Shown here: in pieces, positions 18,644 through 29,123 of the stretch
Position numbering within the stretch: position 1 is the first letter of the stretch
Layout of the letters: every line of letters begins with the position of its first letter
DNA from: Leptospira biflexa
Lineage (GTDB): Bacteria; Spirochaetota; Leptospiria; Turneriellales; DYLW01
Direction: 5' to 3'
Assembly: GCA_020721865.1 (NCBI GenBank)
Contig: DYLW01000002.1
Coordinates: 62,591-126,590 of the forward strand
DNA length: 64,000 bases
Notes under the pieces: model-generated
Database searches by the model: none
What the model was told of the DNA's origin: nothing
The model's input: only the letters and a program-made list of their open reading frames with translations
Translations under genes and position numbers: made by a program

Positions 18644-20737
18644 ATGAAAAAAATAATCATTCTGGCCCTGGGCGTTTTGGCATGGAACTCCCTTCTTCCC
18701 ACTGAACCAATGCGTGTTCCGGAAAATTTCCAAAGCATGACAGTGGGAAAAAATATTGAGGTTTATAAAGATGCGGATAATAGATACTCCATCCAGGATG
18801 TTGTATCCGCAAACTTCCCCGGTAAATGGGAAAAAAGCAATGCCGATGTGCCCAATTATGGATTCTCTGATGCTACGTACTGGGTAAAATTCCGGATAGA
18901 TGACAGGGACGCGAGGGAAGATTATTTTCTGGAGTATGGGTATCCGCCCATCGACCAGATTGATTTTTACGGTTTGGATGCGAACAATCAAATCCTCTTC
19001 CATAAAAAAGGCGGGGATAGTGTGGATTATTCCAAACGGGATATTATATACCGGAATATCCTTTTTGATATACAAAATTCGGATCACAGAATCACCCAGT
19101 ATGTTATGAAAATAAAATCGACCAGTTCCATTAATATTGATCTGGTGTTGTGGAAGTATAAATATCTTTTGGAAAAAATAGATACCGAACAGGGATTCCT
19201 GCATCTTTATTTTGGGATTTTGGTGGCATTGATTTTATACACCTTTTTTCTTTTTATTTCCGTCAGGGACATCAATTATCTGAATTATATAATCTTTCTG
19301 GCAGCATCATTCTTTCTGGATTACACTCTTTTGGGGAATGCGTACCGTATATTTAATGGGGAGGCACTTTTCACGGTGAATAATAACATTCCCCTGTTTC
19401 TGAATTTAACCAATATAACCGCCTTGTTATTCTCCCGCAGGTTTCTGAACTCCGGAAATATTTTCCATAAAACAGATAAGTTTTTAATTGGCATTGGAGT
19501 TGTGATTGTAGTGATGATGGTTTATTCCATTCTGGGAGACTACCATAAAGCTATCTCTCTGTCCATGCCATTTTCTTTTCTGGAGTATATTTCCCTGGGG
19601 ATTGTGGGTGTGATAGCATATTCCAGAGGCTATAAAGCCGCCAAATATTATATGATAGCCTTTGGGATTCTGATAGCGTTTTCCATGGTCATAGTCTTAA
19701 AAACTGTGGGAATTTTTCCTGTTAATTTTTTCACTACCTATGCAATGTATATTGGCCGGGCAACCAATATGATTCTTTTATCGCTGGCTCTCGCGGACAG
19801 GATCAATATTTTAAAACAGGAAAAAGAAACCGCACTCCAGGAAAAACTGGCGGAATCGGAAAAGGTGGCCAGAATGAGCCGGGCATTCCAGCGTTTTGTT
19901 CCACTGAAATTCCTGGATCTTCTGGGCAAGGAAGATGTGACCCAGATTGTTCTGGGGGATAATATTTCCAAAGAAATGACCATATCTTTTTCTGATATCC
20001 GCTCCTTTACCACAATGTCAGAAAAAATGACCCCGGAAGAAAATTTTCAGTTTATCAATGAATTCCTGAAAAAAATGCAGCCGGTGATCCATTCCAATAA
20101 TGGTTTTATCGACAAATACCTGGGAGATGCCATCATGGCTCTGTTTGACCGGAATGCAGAAGATGCTCTGAACGCGGCCTTGATGCAGCATTCCGCCCTC
20201 GCTATCTATAATCAGGAACGGGAAAAAATGGGCAATGAACCCATACGGATTGGTATTGGGATCAACACCGGACCACTGATGCTGGGAACCATCGGGGCAG
20301 ATGAACGGATGGATGGAACCGTTATTTCTGACGCAGTGAATCTTGCATCCCGTCTGGAAGGAATGAATAAAAAATACATGACATCCATTTTGATCAGCAA
20401 TAATACCTATGACAAAATTCAGGAAAAAGAAAAATATCATATCCGGAAAATTGACTATGCAAGAGTCCGGGGGAAAGAAACCCCCATAACCATTTATGAA
20501 GTTCTGGATGTAATGGCCAGCCGTACCGATGCGTTGAAACAGGAAACATCGAAAATATTTGCTGAAGGATTAACCCTTTTTGGTAGGAGGAACATGGCAG
20601 AAGCGATGAAAATATTCCAGGACATCTTTTCCAAAAATCCGGAGGACAAAGTGGCGGAACTATACATTGAACGTTGTACGGAATATTTAAAAAACCGCTA
20701 CCTCAGGGAAGACGATACTTTAATACCTCTCCCGTAA
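18644..20737 (+). CDS. 7TMR-DISM receptor fused to a class III adenylate/guanylate cyclase
   Basis: Signal peptide, an extracellular DISMED2-like domain, seven TM helices, and a cyclase core ISFSDIRSFTTMSE...IDKYLGDAIMALF...IGINTGPLMLGTIG. GGAG lies upstream of the ATG. Confidence 0.9.
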   Translation: MKKIIILALGVLAWNSLLPTEPMRVPENFQSMTVGKNIEVYKDADNRYSIQDVVSANFPGKWEKSNADVPNYGFSDATYWVKFRIDDRDAREDYFLEYGYPPIDQIDFYGLDANNQILFHKKGGDSVDYSKRDIIYRNILFDIQNSDHRITQYVMKIKSTSSINIDLVLWKYKYLLEKIDTEQGFLHLYFGILVALILYTFFLFISVRDINYLNYIIFLAASFFLDYTLLGNAYRIFNGEALFTVNNNIPLFLNLTNITALLFSRRFLNSGNIFHKTDKFLIGIGVVIVVMMVYSILGDYHKAISLSMPFSFLEYISLGIVGVIAYSRGYKAAKYYMIAFGILIAFSMVIVLKTVGIFPVNFFTTYAMYIGRATNMILLSLALADRINILKQEKETALQEKLAESEKVARMSRAFQRFVPLKFLDLLGKEDVTQIVLGDNISKEMTISFSDIRSFTTMSEKMTPEENFQFINEFLKKMQPVIHSNNGFIDKYLGDAIMALFDRNAEDALNAALMQHSALAIYNQEREKMGNEPIRIGIGINTGPLMLGTIGADERMDGTVISDAVNLASRLEGMNKKYMTSILISNNTYDKIQEKEKYHIRKIDYARVRGKETPITIYEVLDVMASRTDALKQETSKIFAEGLTLFGRRNMAEAMKIFQDIFSKNPEDKVAELYIERCTEYLKNRYLREDDTLIPLP

Positions 20738-20830
20738 GGATTGATAGGAAGGACACACTTTATGCGGTCATCACTCCACGATGGATGCGAGACCATAGGT
20801 TTAGAAATGCCTTTAGCGACGACCGGACGG

Positions 20831-21436
20831 TTATGGTTCCCCTTGCGATAGCAGAAAAATTCCCAAGTTTGCTCTCCAGTTGGGGAAGAAATGGATTCTT
20901 TTCTTGTTTTGGACATAACAGGATTTTTCAATTGTAACTCTGGAGTCATTACAGAAATCCGTGAAATCCTGAATGGTGAAAAAATGCAGGTTGGGGCTTT
21001 CATACCAGGGATAGGGCAGGGATGGAGTCACCGGGGTCTTTCCGCTGAAGAAAAGCTGCAAACGGTTTCTGTAATGGCCAAAATTGGGAAATCCAATGAT
21101 CACTTTTTTCCCCACGCGGAGGGTTTCCATGAGGACTTCCCGGAGTTTCTTGACCTGCTCCAGACTCTGGTTCATAATTACAATATCAAAGCTTTTATCC
21201 GAATAATCCGCAAGGCCGGAATCCAGGTCACCGTAAAAAACACTCAGGCCTTTTTCCACGCACCGGTAAACCGCATCTTCGTCAATGTCAATGCCTTGTC
21301 CCCGGATTTTTTTCTGGTCTTTCAGTAGTTTCAGTAGCGTGCAGTCTCCGCAACCCAGATCCAGAACATGGGCACCTTGTGGAATGCAACTCAGGATCAT
21401 CCGGTGGTCAATGGAAATGTCTTCGTTCGGTTTCAT
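20831..21436 (-). CDS. metW: Methionine biosynthesis protein MetW
   Basis: SAM-MTase-like [12 protein letters not shown] and typical MetW length. A 4 bp overlap with metX. Confidence 0.85.
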   Translation of the reverse strand: MKPNEDISIDHRMILSCIPQGAHVLDLGCGDCTLLKLLKDQKKIRGQGIDIDEDAVYRCVEKGLSVFYGDLDSGLADYSDKSFDIVIMNQSLEQVKKLREVLMETLRVGKKVIIGFPNFGHYRNRLQLFFSGKTPVTPSLPYPWYESPNLHFFTIQDFTDFCNDSRVTIEKSCYVQNKKRIHFFPNWRANLGIFLLSQGEP

Positions 21437-22566
21437 GTTGATTCTCCGTCTTCTTCCAGATACACGGAATCCAGAAAATGGTGAATGAGATGGGACTGGC
21501 GTTCCGTCTCCAGCAGAAATGCGTCGTGCCCATACGTGGAATCAATTTCACAGTACGTAGTTTCCATCCCCGCCATTTTACAGGAACGGACAATTTCCAT
21601 CTGCTGGTACGGCGGATACAGCCAGTCAGAACGGAAGGCTATTACCATCACTTTATAGGAAAATCCCCGCAGCATTTCATGCAGCGGTTGCCCACGGGAC
21701 GCATCGTATAGATCCATCGCTTTGGTTAAATACAGAAAAGAATTCGCATCAAACCGGTTCACAAAGCTGTCCCCTTTATATTGGAGATACCCTTCCACAT
21801 CAAAATTTGCACGGAAGGGGTCTTCCCCGGTGACTACCCGGCTTGCCTTCCGCCCGAATTTTTTCTGCATGGAGATATCGCTCATGTACGTGATGTGTCC
21901 CACCATCCGGGCCACAGAAAGCCCTCTGGCGGGTTTTTCTTTCCCATAATAATCCCCCATGTTCCAGTTCAGGTCATTCATCACAGATTGGCGGGCTACC
22001 TCATTGAATGCGATCTGCTGTGGACTATGGCGGATGGTGGTGGAGATGGGGATGGCAGAGCGAATCATATCCGGATAGGAAACCATCCACTCCAGAACCT
22101 GCATCCCACCCATGGAACCACCGGCCACGCTCAAAAGTCTTTTTATCCCAAGGTGGCTGGTCACCAGTTCTTTCTGCATATTGACCATATCGCCGATGGT
22201 AACCAATGGAAAGCTGGTTCCATAGGGACGGCCGGTTTCCGGATTGATGGAAGAAGGCCCAGTGGATCCGGCACAGCTCCCCAGAACATTACTGACAACA
22301 ATGAAATATTTATCTGTATCAAATCCCTTGCCAGGGCCAATCATGGCGTCCCACCAGCCGGGACTTTTATCGCCTTCCCGGTATCCAGCAGCATGGGCAT
22401 CCCCCGTGAAGGCATGGGCAATCAGAATCGCATTATCTTTTTTTTGATTAAGAGTTCCATAGGTTTCATAAGCAATGGTGATGGGACCCAGGTTCCCCCC
22501 GCTTTCCAGAATACGGGTATGAGGGGGATTTGCAAATTGATAATATTGGGTTTGCGTATATTCCAT
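21433..22566 (-). CDS. metX: Homoserine O-acetyltransferase
   Basis: [16 protein letters not shown] and the nucleophile elbow [13 protein letters not shown]. Confidence 0.9.
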   Translation of the reverse strand: MEYTQTQYYQFANPPHTRILESGGNLGPITIAYETYGTLNQKKDNAILIAHAFTGDAHAAGYREGDKSPGWWDAMIGPGKGFDTDKYFIVVSNVLGSCAGSTGPSSINPETGRPYGTSFPLVTIGDMVNMQKELVTSHLGIKRLLSVAGGSMGGMQVLEWMVSYPDMIRSAIPISTTIRHSPQQIAFNEVARQSVMNDLNWNMGDYYGKEKPARGLSVARMVGHITYMSDISMQKKFGRKASRVVTGEDPFRANFDVEGYLQYKGDSFVNRFDANSFLYLTKAMDLYDASRGQPLHEMLRGFSYKVMVIAFRSDWLYPPYQQMEIVRSCKMAGMETTYCEIDSTYGHDAFLLETERQSHLIHHFLDSVYLEEDGEST

Positions 22567-22568
22567 CT

Positions 22569-25319
22569 CTAAAGTATTAATCTCTCCGCGAACAGATTTA
22601 TTTTTTCCTTCATTTTTTCAAGCCCATTATCCGGGGTCAGAGGTCCGCTGGCCTGGAGAAATTCCGGTCTACCCCCACCGCCTCCGGGAATGCCCAGTTC
22701 TTGCGAAAGAGTCTTAAATGATGCAGATATGTTGAGACCGGTCTCTTCCGCCATTTTCCGGGAGGATGCCGCCACAAGGGACCACTTTTCTCCGGAGCTG
22801 GAAAATAGAATGAAGACCAGATTTTTTTCCTTATCCCGCAGAACATCCGCTGCGGATTTGAGAAAATCCATAGACTGGTCTTGCATATAATAAACGAGAG
22901 TTTTTTTGTCTTTCTGCTTGGAATTCAGGATTGCGTCCACAAATCCGGAATCCAGCTTTCCTGTTTCCCGGCTTTTCTTTTTTGCATCTTTTTTTATGGA
23001 TGATTCCAGATTTTTGTATTCCTCATCCAGCTCTTTCAGGGATATCCAGACACGAACCAGATCCGGAGACAGGGTGGAATTTTTTTTGAGGTTTTCCAGC
23101 CGGTCTTTGATTTTGCTCAGTTGCTCCCTGTAAGGCTTATCCGTTCCTTTCTCCATATCCGGGGAAGATAAGAGAAGCGAAACATTTTCCAGAAGTGAAT
23201 CCAATTTATTGTTTACCACAAAAGCGGCCTCTTTATGCACCCTGGCTTCAATCCGGCGATTTCCTGCCCCGGGGGAAGATTCCTTCAGGATAAGAAAAGC
23301 ACCAATGTCTCCGGTGGACAAAACGTGGGTTCCTCCGCAAAATTCCACGGAGGCTTTTTCCGTGTCTGTCCCCATCTGGATTACCCGGACAATGTTTCCG
23401 TATTTTTCGCCAAATGTCATCAAGGCTCCTGTATTTCTGGCCTCTTCAATGGGAAGCACCCGAGTGGTCACCGGATGGGATTTCCGGATATTTTCATTCA
23501 CATCTATTTCAATCTGGCGTATCTGTTCTGCGGAGAGTCCGGATGGATGGGTAAAATCAAACCGCAGATACGATGGATCCACCATGGACCCGCTCTGGCG
23601 GACATGGTCTCCCAGGGTTTTCCGCAGGGCGGCGTTCAGCAAGTGAGTGGCACTGTGGTTTTTCCGCAGCATGGATCTTTTTTCCGTGTCAATCTCCAGC
23701 TGTGCCACATCGCCCACAGAGAGTTTCCCTTCTATTTTGGAAACAACATGGACGTGGTAGTGTCCCATTTTCTGGGTGTCCAGAACCTGGGCATATCCAT
23801 CGGCGGTTTGAATAAAGCCGGAGTCTCCCACCTGTCCCCCGCTTTCCGCATAAAAGGGAGTACTTTCAAAAATAACATAAAGGTTTCCCTGCATCTCCCG
23901 TTCCGATATGGATTCCAGTTTTTGCGTGGATGTGTACAAAGCCAGAATCCGGGAGGCGTCTTTTTCTTTCTCATATCCGGTGAACACGGTGGCGGGAATC
24001 CGGGGATCCAGCGGAATGGCAGCGGATGCTCCCTTCCAGGCAGCTCTGCCCCGTTCTTTTTGCTTTTGCATTTCCTCACGGAATTCATCCATCCGGGCCA
24101 CAAGACCCCGGTTGCCTGCCATCTCCAGAGTCATTTCCGGTGGAAAACCAAATGTATCATAGAGCATAAAAATATCTTTTCCGGAGACGGGGGCTTTTTT
24201 CTCTGTGGCCTCCTGCAATACCGCTTCCAGCCGTTCGGATCCGGAATCCAGCGTCTGGAGAAATCTTTTCTCTTCGCTCTGGATAAACTGCATGGTGGTC
24301 TGCTGGTTCAGGGACAATTCCGGATAAAACTCCGAATACAAACGGGTTACAGAAGGCACCAGATAATGCAGCATGGGTTCCCGCTGCCCCATCTTTTTTC
24401 CGAACAGCAGAGCCCGTCTCAGAATTCTCCTCAGAATGTACCCACGGGATTCATTTCCGGGAAAAATTCCATCGGCCATGGCAAAGGAAAGCGTCCGCAC
24501 ATGGTCAGTGATCACCCGGATGGGCGTAATCCATTGATCCTGATATTCTTTCTGGTATGCACGGGCAACATCATCCCGTAAATTTTTCAGCTCATCCGTG
24601 TCATAGACAGAATCCACATTCTGGAGCAAGGACGCTATTCTTTCCAGGCCGGCCCCAGTGTCTATCCCGGTTTGGGCCAGAGGAATAAATTTTTTATCTT
24701 CATTTTTAAAAAACTGATTGAACACCAGATTCCAGTATTCCAGAAACCGTTCGCAGTCATCCCCCATTTTGCAGTCTTTCCCAAACTGTTCTCCCCTGTC
24801 CAGGTACAGTTCGCTGGATGGTCCACAGGCTCCGGTTTCTCCGGCGGGTCCCCAGAAATTATCTTTGTCCCCCAGCCGGACAATATGGGAAGGATGCACC
24901 CCAATATGGTCTTTCCATAGACGGTATGCCTCGTCATCGGAATCATGGACGGATATGTGAATTCTGTCTTTTTCAAATTTTAAATGCTGGGTGGAATATT
25001 CCCAGGCAAACTCGATGGCCTCTTTCTTGAAATAATCCCCAAAGCTGAAATTTCCCAACATTTCAAAAAAGGACAAATGCCTTTTTGTTTTTCCGGTTTC
25101 TTCCAGATCCGTGGTCCGAATACATTTTTGTATGGAGGATAGTCTTTTTGAGGGTGGGGTGGCCACTCCGGAAAAAAATTCTTTGAACGGCACCATGCCG
25201 GCTGTGGTAAAAAGCAGGGTGGGATCATTGGCCGGAACCAGAGACGCACTGCCCATGTGGAGATGAGATTTTTCCCCAAAGTAAGAGATAAAAGTTTTGC
25301 GAATTTCCCGAATTGTCAT
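22569..25319 (-). CDS. alaS: Alanine--tRNA ligase
   Basis: Canonical N-terminus [19 protein letters not shown]...[21 protein letters not shown] from the internal ATG 25319. Editing-domain HSATHLL. Ends with TAG 2 nt before the metX start. Confidence 0.95.
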   Translation of the reverse strand: MTIREIRKTFISYFGEKSHLHMGSASLVPANDPTLLFTTAGMVPFKEFFSGVATPPSKRLSSIQKCIRTTDLEETGKTKRHLSFFEMLGNFSFGDYFKKEAIEFAWEYSTQHLKFEKDRIHISVHDSDDEAYRLWKDHIGVHPSHIVRLGDKDNFWGPAGETGACGPSSELYLDRGEQFGKDCKMGDDCERFLEYWNLVFNQFFKNEDKKFIPLAQTGIDTGAGLERIASLLQNVDSVYDTDELKNLRDDVARAYQKEYQDQWITPIRVITDHVRTLSFAMADGIFPGNESRGYILRRILRRALLFGKKMGQREPMLHYLVPSVTRLYSEFYPELSLNQQTTMQFIQSEEKRFLQTLDSGSERLEAVLQEATEKKAPVSGKDIFMLYDTFGFPPEMTLEMAGNRGLVARMDEFREEMQKQKERGRAAWKGASAAIPLDPRIPATVFTGYEKEKDASRILALYTSTQKLESISEREMQGNLYVIFESTPFYAESGGQVGDSGFIQTADGYAQVLDTQKMGHYHVHVVSKIEGKLSVGDVAQLEIDTEKRSMLRKNHSATHLLNAALRKTLGDHVRQSGSMVDPSYLRFDFTHPSGLSAEQIRQIEIDVNENIRKSHPVTTRVLPIEEARNTGALMTFGEKYGNIVRVIQMGTDTEKASVEFCGGTHVLSTGDIGAFLILKESSPGAGNRRIEARVHKEAAFVVNNKLDSLLENVSLLLSSPDMEKGTDKPYREQLSKIKDRLENLKKNSTLSPDLVRVWISLKELDEEYKNLESSIKKDAKKKSRETGKLDSGFVDAILNSKQKDKKTLVYYMQDQSMDFLKSAADVLRDKEKNLVFILFSSSGEKWSLVAASSRKMAEETGLNISASFKTLSQELGIPGGGGGRPEFLQASGPLTPDNGLEKMKEKINLFAERLIL

Positions 25320-25430
25320 TCCTGGAAATATGCAGGCGGAAACGTGCTGGCAAGTTTTTTTCTGGTTTGGAATGGATAAAATAAAAAATAAATATACTTT
25401 ACAAAATAACGGCATAATCTACCCAATTCT

Positions 25431-26240
25431 ATGAAATCCATACTTCTAAAGTCCATTGTGACGGGCATCCTCACCAGCGTCTTTTTTATCTCCTGTGATA
25501 CCCAAGTGGGGAAATGGATAGAAGACTACCGGAAAAAGCAGATTGTGAAACGATACGGAGAAAAGGCGGTTTCCCGGGAGCAGATTGAAGACTGGCAAAA
25601 AGAAGTGATGAAATACCGGGCAAAGGTGGAAGAAAAAATTGAGGCTGGGCAGAAGGCTGGAAAACTATACCGCCTCATTGGGGAATCCTTTGCGAAAATA
25701 GAATCTTACCAGCTCTGTGCAGAAAATCTGGAAAACGCCGTGGCCTATGGCTACCATTCCGCAGAAGTTTTTTACTGGTTAGGGGTATGCTATGGAAATC
25801 TTGCCAAAACCCATGGATGGGATTATGAATATACGGAAAAAGCTGAAAAAAACTTCCTGAAATCCCTGGCCCTGCCGGATAAAAAACTGGGGGTTTATAT
25901 CAAATCCAAATTCCAGCTTGCTCTGTTGTATTTTTATGGATTTGGGAGCAATAACCCATACCGGGTGAACGCTGATTTTATCCAGCCCTCCCAGATGGAA
26001 TTCCGCAACCAGGCAGTGCGGCTCATGACAGAGTATCAGAATGATGATCCGGGGGATGTAAAAAGTTATTTTGCTCTGGCCGGTATGCACAAAATCATGG
26101 GCAATATTCCCTCGGCTGCGGCGGAAATGGATGAATTGATGCGATATCTGGAAAAGAAATTTCCCAAACAATACCAGAAAATTCCGGAATACCAGAAAGC
26201 AAAACAAAATTACTCCCTTCTGGTGGGTATAAAACAGTAA
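25431..26240 (+). CDS. TPR/Sel1-like lipoprotein
   Basis: Lipobox TSVFFISC and helical-repeat composition. Its stop abuts the dprA ATG. Confidence 0.55.
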   Translation: MKSILLKSIVTGILTSVFFISCDTQVGKWIEDYRKKQIVKRYGEKAVSREQIEDWQKEVMKYRAKVEEKIEAGQKAGKLYRLIGESFAKIESYQLCAENLENAVAYGYHSAEVFYWLGVCYGNLAKTHGWDYEYTEKAEKNFLKSLALPDKKLGVYIKSKFQLALLYFYGFGSNNPYRVNADFIQPSQMEFRNQAVRLMTEYQNDDPGDVKSYFALAGMHKIMGNIPSAAAEMDELMRYLEKKFPKQYQKIPEYQKAKQNYSLLVGIKQ

Positions 26241-27251
26241 ATGGAAACCGCTCCCCTTTTTCCGCAGGAGGATACATTTTCTGAAATTCGGTCTTTTGAA
26301 AATAACCGGGAAAACATAGAATCCGCCATAGCTCTCCAGATAAACCATAAATATATAAAGGAATCCTTTTTATACCCGGATAATTCTTTATCACTTCCAG
26401 AATACGTGGCCATTGTATTGGGGGAAACTTTCCGCTCATCCATGAACCAGGCCGGGGACATCCTTTCCCGTGCGGAGGAATCCGGAAACCGGTACATTCC
26501 ATTTTTTTCCGCAGAATATCCATTTCTGCTCCGTCAGATCCAAAAATTTCCTCCTGGTCTGTTTGCCCGTGGAAAATTTGAGCTCCTGCAGAATCCCCGC
26601 AAAATTTCCATAGTGGGGACACGCCATCCTTCCGCATTGTCTGTTGCATTCACAGAATTTCTTTCCCGCTATCTGGCCTCCCATGGCGTAACCATTGTCT
26701 CCGGTTTTGCCCTGGGGATTGACGTGAGTGCTCACCGTTCTTCCCTCATACAAACGGGAGGCACCATTGCTGTTCTGGCTCACGGCACGGATTATGTATA
26801 CCCATCGGCCAATTTTGATCTATACCGGAGACTGGATGCGGAGGTTTCCCGGATGCTTTTCCTGAGTGAGTACCCGCCGGGAACAAAGCCGCTCCGGTTT
26901 CATTTTCCCCTGAGGAACAGGATCATAGCGGGACTTTCTCCGGCCACCCTTTTCATGGAAGGCGGAGTCAAGAGTGGTGCGGGAATCACCGTCCGGTACG
27001 CCGCATCGGAAGGCCGGGATGTGGGGGTATTTGACCATGCTCTCCTGAAAAATAATGAAGGCGGGAGAGCCTTTCTGGAAGAAGGAGCCATCCCCCTTGC
27101 ACCGTATTTGGATATGGATATCATTAAAGAAAGTGCCGCCACACTGCGAAAAATTATGGAAGAAAATCTGGTTTTTGCTGGGGAAAACCAGTGGATCTCC
27201 ATCCGGGAAAATGAGAACACAAAAAATTTTATTCCCAGCTTTCTGGGTTGA
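26241..27251 (+). CDS. dprA: DNA-processing protein DprA
   Basis: ISIVGTRHPS...VTIVSGFALGIDVSAHRSSL...GGTIAVLAHGTDYVYP. Confidence 0.85.
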   Translation: METAPLFPQEDTFSEIRSFENNRENIESAIALQINHKYIKESFLYPDNSLSLPEYVAIVLGETFRSSMNQAGDILSRAEESGNRYIPFFSAEYPFLLRQIQKFPPGLFARGKFELLQNPRKISIVGTRHPSALSVAFTEFLSRYLASHGVTIVSGFALGIDVSAHRSSLIQTGGTIAVLAHGTDYVYPSANFDLYRRLDAEVSRMLFLSEYPPGTKPLRFHFPLRNRIIAGLSPATLFMEGGVKSGAGITVRYAASEGRDVGVFDHALLKNNEGGRAFLEEGAIPLAPYLDMDIIKESAATLRKIMEENLVFAGENQWISIRENENTKNFIPSFLG

Positions 27252-27972
27252 TCATCCTCAGGATTTCCGGTATTTTTGTCTCCCGCTTCACCGTGAAACG
27301 CCCGCAGATTCTGTCTCTAATTTTTTGCCGATGGAGAATTCCGGCGGTCAGTTGGAATTCATAGCCAGCCTGGAATACGGATTCTTTCATGGGTTCCTCA
27401 TAATGACCATAGGGCCACGCAAATGTTTTAATATTTCTCCCCGTATTATATTCCAGTTTTTTTCTGGAAAGAAACAGCTCCCGGTAATAACGGGCCGGGT
27501 CATTGTGTAACGCCACCACCAGATCCGCATGGCTCAGGGAATGACTGCCAATTTCATATCGGAGCGGGAGTTTGGCGAGCCTTGCGTAAAAGGACGATTT
27601 TTCCGCATAACGATCAGTGTAAATGAAAAAGGTGGCACCACTCTGGTAGCGATCCAGAATGGGTATAACAAAATCCAGCACCGATGGGTGACCATCGTCA
27701 AAGGTGAAAACCACCGCTTTATTTTTTCTGGCATTTTGGGTGAGCACAAAAGAGTAATAATCCATAAAGGAGATAATTTCCCGGTTATTTTCTTTGATGG
27801 TGATAACAATTTTTTCAAAATATTCCGGGGTGAGACCATAGGGACCGGGATAATGCCGCACTTCGTGAAAATTCAGGATGACAGGACAAGGCTCGCCGGC
27901 ATGACCATAAGCGGAGGGAGAAAAGAAAATCCACCCTGACAGAAGAAAGACCAGACCCGGCTTTGTTCTCAC
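27229..27972 (-). CDS. Polysaccharide deacetylase (NodB homology) family protein
   Basis: Signal peptide, TFDDGHPS and IGSHSLSHADL motifs. Confidence 0.8.
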   Translation of the reverse strand: MRTKPGLVFLLSGWIFFSPSAYGHAGEPCPVILNFHEVRHYPGPYGLTPEYFEKIVITIKENNREIISFMDYYSFVLTQNARKNKAVVFTFDDGHPSVLDFVIPILDRYQSGATFFIYTDRYAEKSSFYARLAKLPLRYEIGSHSLSHADLVVALHNDPARYYRELFLSRKKLEYNTGRNIKTFAWPYGHYEEPMKESVFQAGYEFQLTAGILHRQKIRDRICGRFTVKRETKIPEILRMINPESWE

Positions 27973-28013
27973 GATGCCACAGCTTATTTTATGCTTGATA
28001 AATAAACATTTTT

Positions 28014-28310
28014 TTGAAATGGGGACTCGTGAGAATCATTTACATCCGTAAACTCCATTATGAAGAGGCAAAACAGAAATTCCTCACAGAGCTGGATAAT
28101 GCTTTTTTTTCCGGGGAGCCGGAAGTGGAAGTGATCCACGGAGTGGGAACATACACACTCCGGAATATGGTTTTGGAGCAAATAAAGAAAATAAGCTATG
28201 TGGAACTCAGCAATAACTGGAACCATAATCCCGGCAGTTTAAAACTCACTCTCCTAGTGCCGGAGATGTCCCTTCTCAAAAAATATAAGGAAGACGGACA
28301 AAAAAGGTGA
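28014..28310 (+). CDS. Smr-domain protein
   Basis: IYIRKLHYEEAKQKFLTELDNAFFSGEPEVEVIHGVGTYTLR fits the Smr pattern (xDLHG-like ... IHGxG). The start is non-ATG (TTG 28014 or GTG 28029) and uncertain. Confidence 0.6.
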   Translation: MKWGLVRIIYIRKLHYEEAKQKFLTELDNAFFSGEPEVEVIHGVGTYTLRNMVLEQIKKISYVELSNNWNHNPGSLKLTLLVPEMSLLKKYKEDGQKR

Positions 28311-28331
28311 AAAAAAGTATATTCCGCTCTT

Positions 28332-28925
28332 CTAATTTTGCTCCCGCCAATGGGAGATGTGGTCAAAGGCCTTGATCAGATAATCGGTTTCCATATTCAC
28401 CTTGTGGCCAACTTTCCAATGAGGGATGTTGGTTTTTTTGAGTGTCTCCGGAATAATCTGCACCCGAAATCCGTCTTTTGTGATTTCATGAATTGTGAGA
28501 CTGATCCCGTCCATGGAAATGCTGCCTTTGGGAATTATGTAAGGGGAGCGGAACGCGATTTCAATATCCCAGTAGTTTTCATGGGATTCAATGGATTTTA
28601 CATCGGCCATGGCTTCAATATGCCCTTGGACAATGTGCCCGCCAATCCTGTCATTGAATTTTAGCGGACGTTCCAGATTGACAATGGTGCCTTGGGAAAA
28701 AAAATCCATATTGGTCAGGGAAAGAGTCTCCGGAACAGAAAATATCTGAAAAGAATTTCCGCGTACTTCCTCCACAGTCTGGCAGGTACCATTGACCGCA
28801 ATGCTGTCACCGTTCTTTAAATCATCAAAAATAAACTCATCACTCTCAATGATAAACCTCTTCCCGCCGGGAAGAACTTCAACAGATTTGACTTTGCCTG
28901 TAGTTTCCACTATGCCGGAAAACAT
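28332..28925 (-). CDS. ribE: Riboflavin synthase alpha chain
   Basis: Canonical N-terminus MFSGIVETTGKV, an internal duplicated lumazine-binding repeat, and ~197 aa length. Confidence 0.9.
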   Translation of the reverse strand: MFSGIVETTGKVKSVEVLPGGKRFIIESDEFIFDDLKNGDSIAVNGTCQTVEEVRGNSFQIFSVPETLSLTNMDFFSQGTIVNLERPLKFNDRIGGHIVQGHIEAMADVKSIESHENYWDIEIAFRSPYIIPKGSISMDGISLTIHEITKDGFRVQIIPETLKKTNIPHWKVGHKVNMETDYLIKAFDHISHWREQN

Positions 28926-28926
28926 C

Positions 28927-28997
28927 AGCGGGCGATGGGACTCGAACCCACTCTAAAAGCTTGGAAGGCTTTTGTGCTACCGTTACACCACGCCCGC
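28927..28997 (-). tRNA. tRNA-Gly (anticodon UCC), CCA not encoded
   Basis: The reverse complement GCGGGCGTGGTGTAACGGTAGCACAAAAGCCTTCCAAGCTTTTAGAGTGGGTTCGAGTCCCATCGCCCGCT folds by hand into a cloverleaf. It has a 7 bp acceptor, a 4 bp D stem, a 5 bp anticodon stem with loop CUUCCAA, and a T arm GTGGG-TTCGAGT-CCCAT. Confidence 0.9.
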
Positions 28998-29123
28998 ACT
29001 GAGATACAGTTAAAAATGTATTTACCATGTAAAGAAAATATTTATGTTATCCTCCAGAGAAAATGCCCGGGAGAGAAAAAATCCCAGGTATTAAAAATAG
29101 CTTTAGAAACCCAAAAAACGGAG

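Noticed and set aside
21437-22568. Expected riboswitch or leader elements (SAM upstream of metX, FMN upstream of ribE, T-box upstream of alaS).
   Set aside because: metX and ribE have 2 nt and 1 nt of upstream spacer respectively. The 111 nt region upstream of alaS shows no recognisable conserved leader features by eye.
23235-24581. A very long plus-strand ORF (448 aa). Others like it lie at 47598..48692 (364 aa), 21781..22572 (263 aa), 8510..9061, 13508..14164 and 35689..36171.
   Set aside because: All lie antisense to strongly supported genes (alaS, SNF2, metX, manA, ligA, UDG). Their composition is low-complexity or atypical, with no recognisable motifs. These are shadow ORFs.
25320-25415. 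N-terminal extensions of track ORFs: alaS to 25415, thrB to 15453, gldF-like to 6438, addA-like to 60695, PC4-like to 49227, YbgA-like to 40144, DUF1007 from 51861 and SpoIIE from 30469.
   Set aside because: In each case a downstream ATG gives the canonical family N-terminus or signal peptide and removes an overlap with the upstream gene. Several of the longer starts are TTG or GTG.
28935-29123. The N-terminal 63-65 codons of track ORF 28935..30488.
   Set aside because: This stretch runs antisense through the tRNA-Gly gene. The conserved UMF1 N-terminus (FGWAMFDFANSSY) begins just after ATG 29124/29130.
28927-29123. tRNA-Gly as an integration site for a mobile element.
   Set aside because: No integrase, no duplicated tRNA 3-prime fragment and no compositional shift appear on either side. 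The flanking genes are ribE and an MFS transporter.
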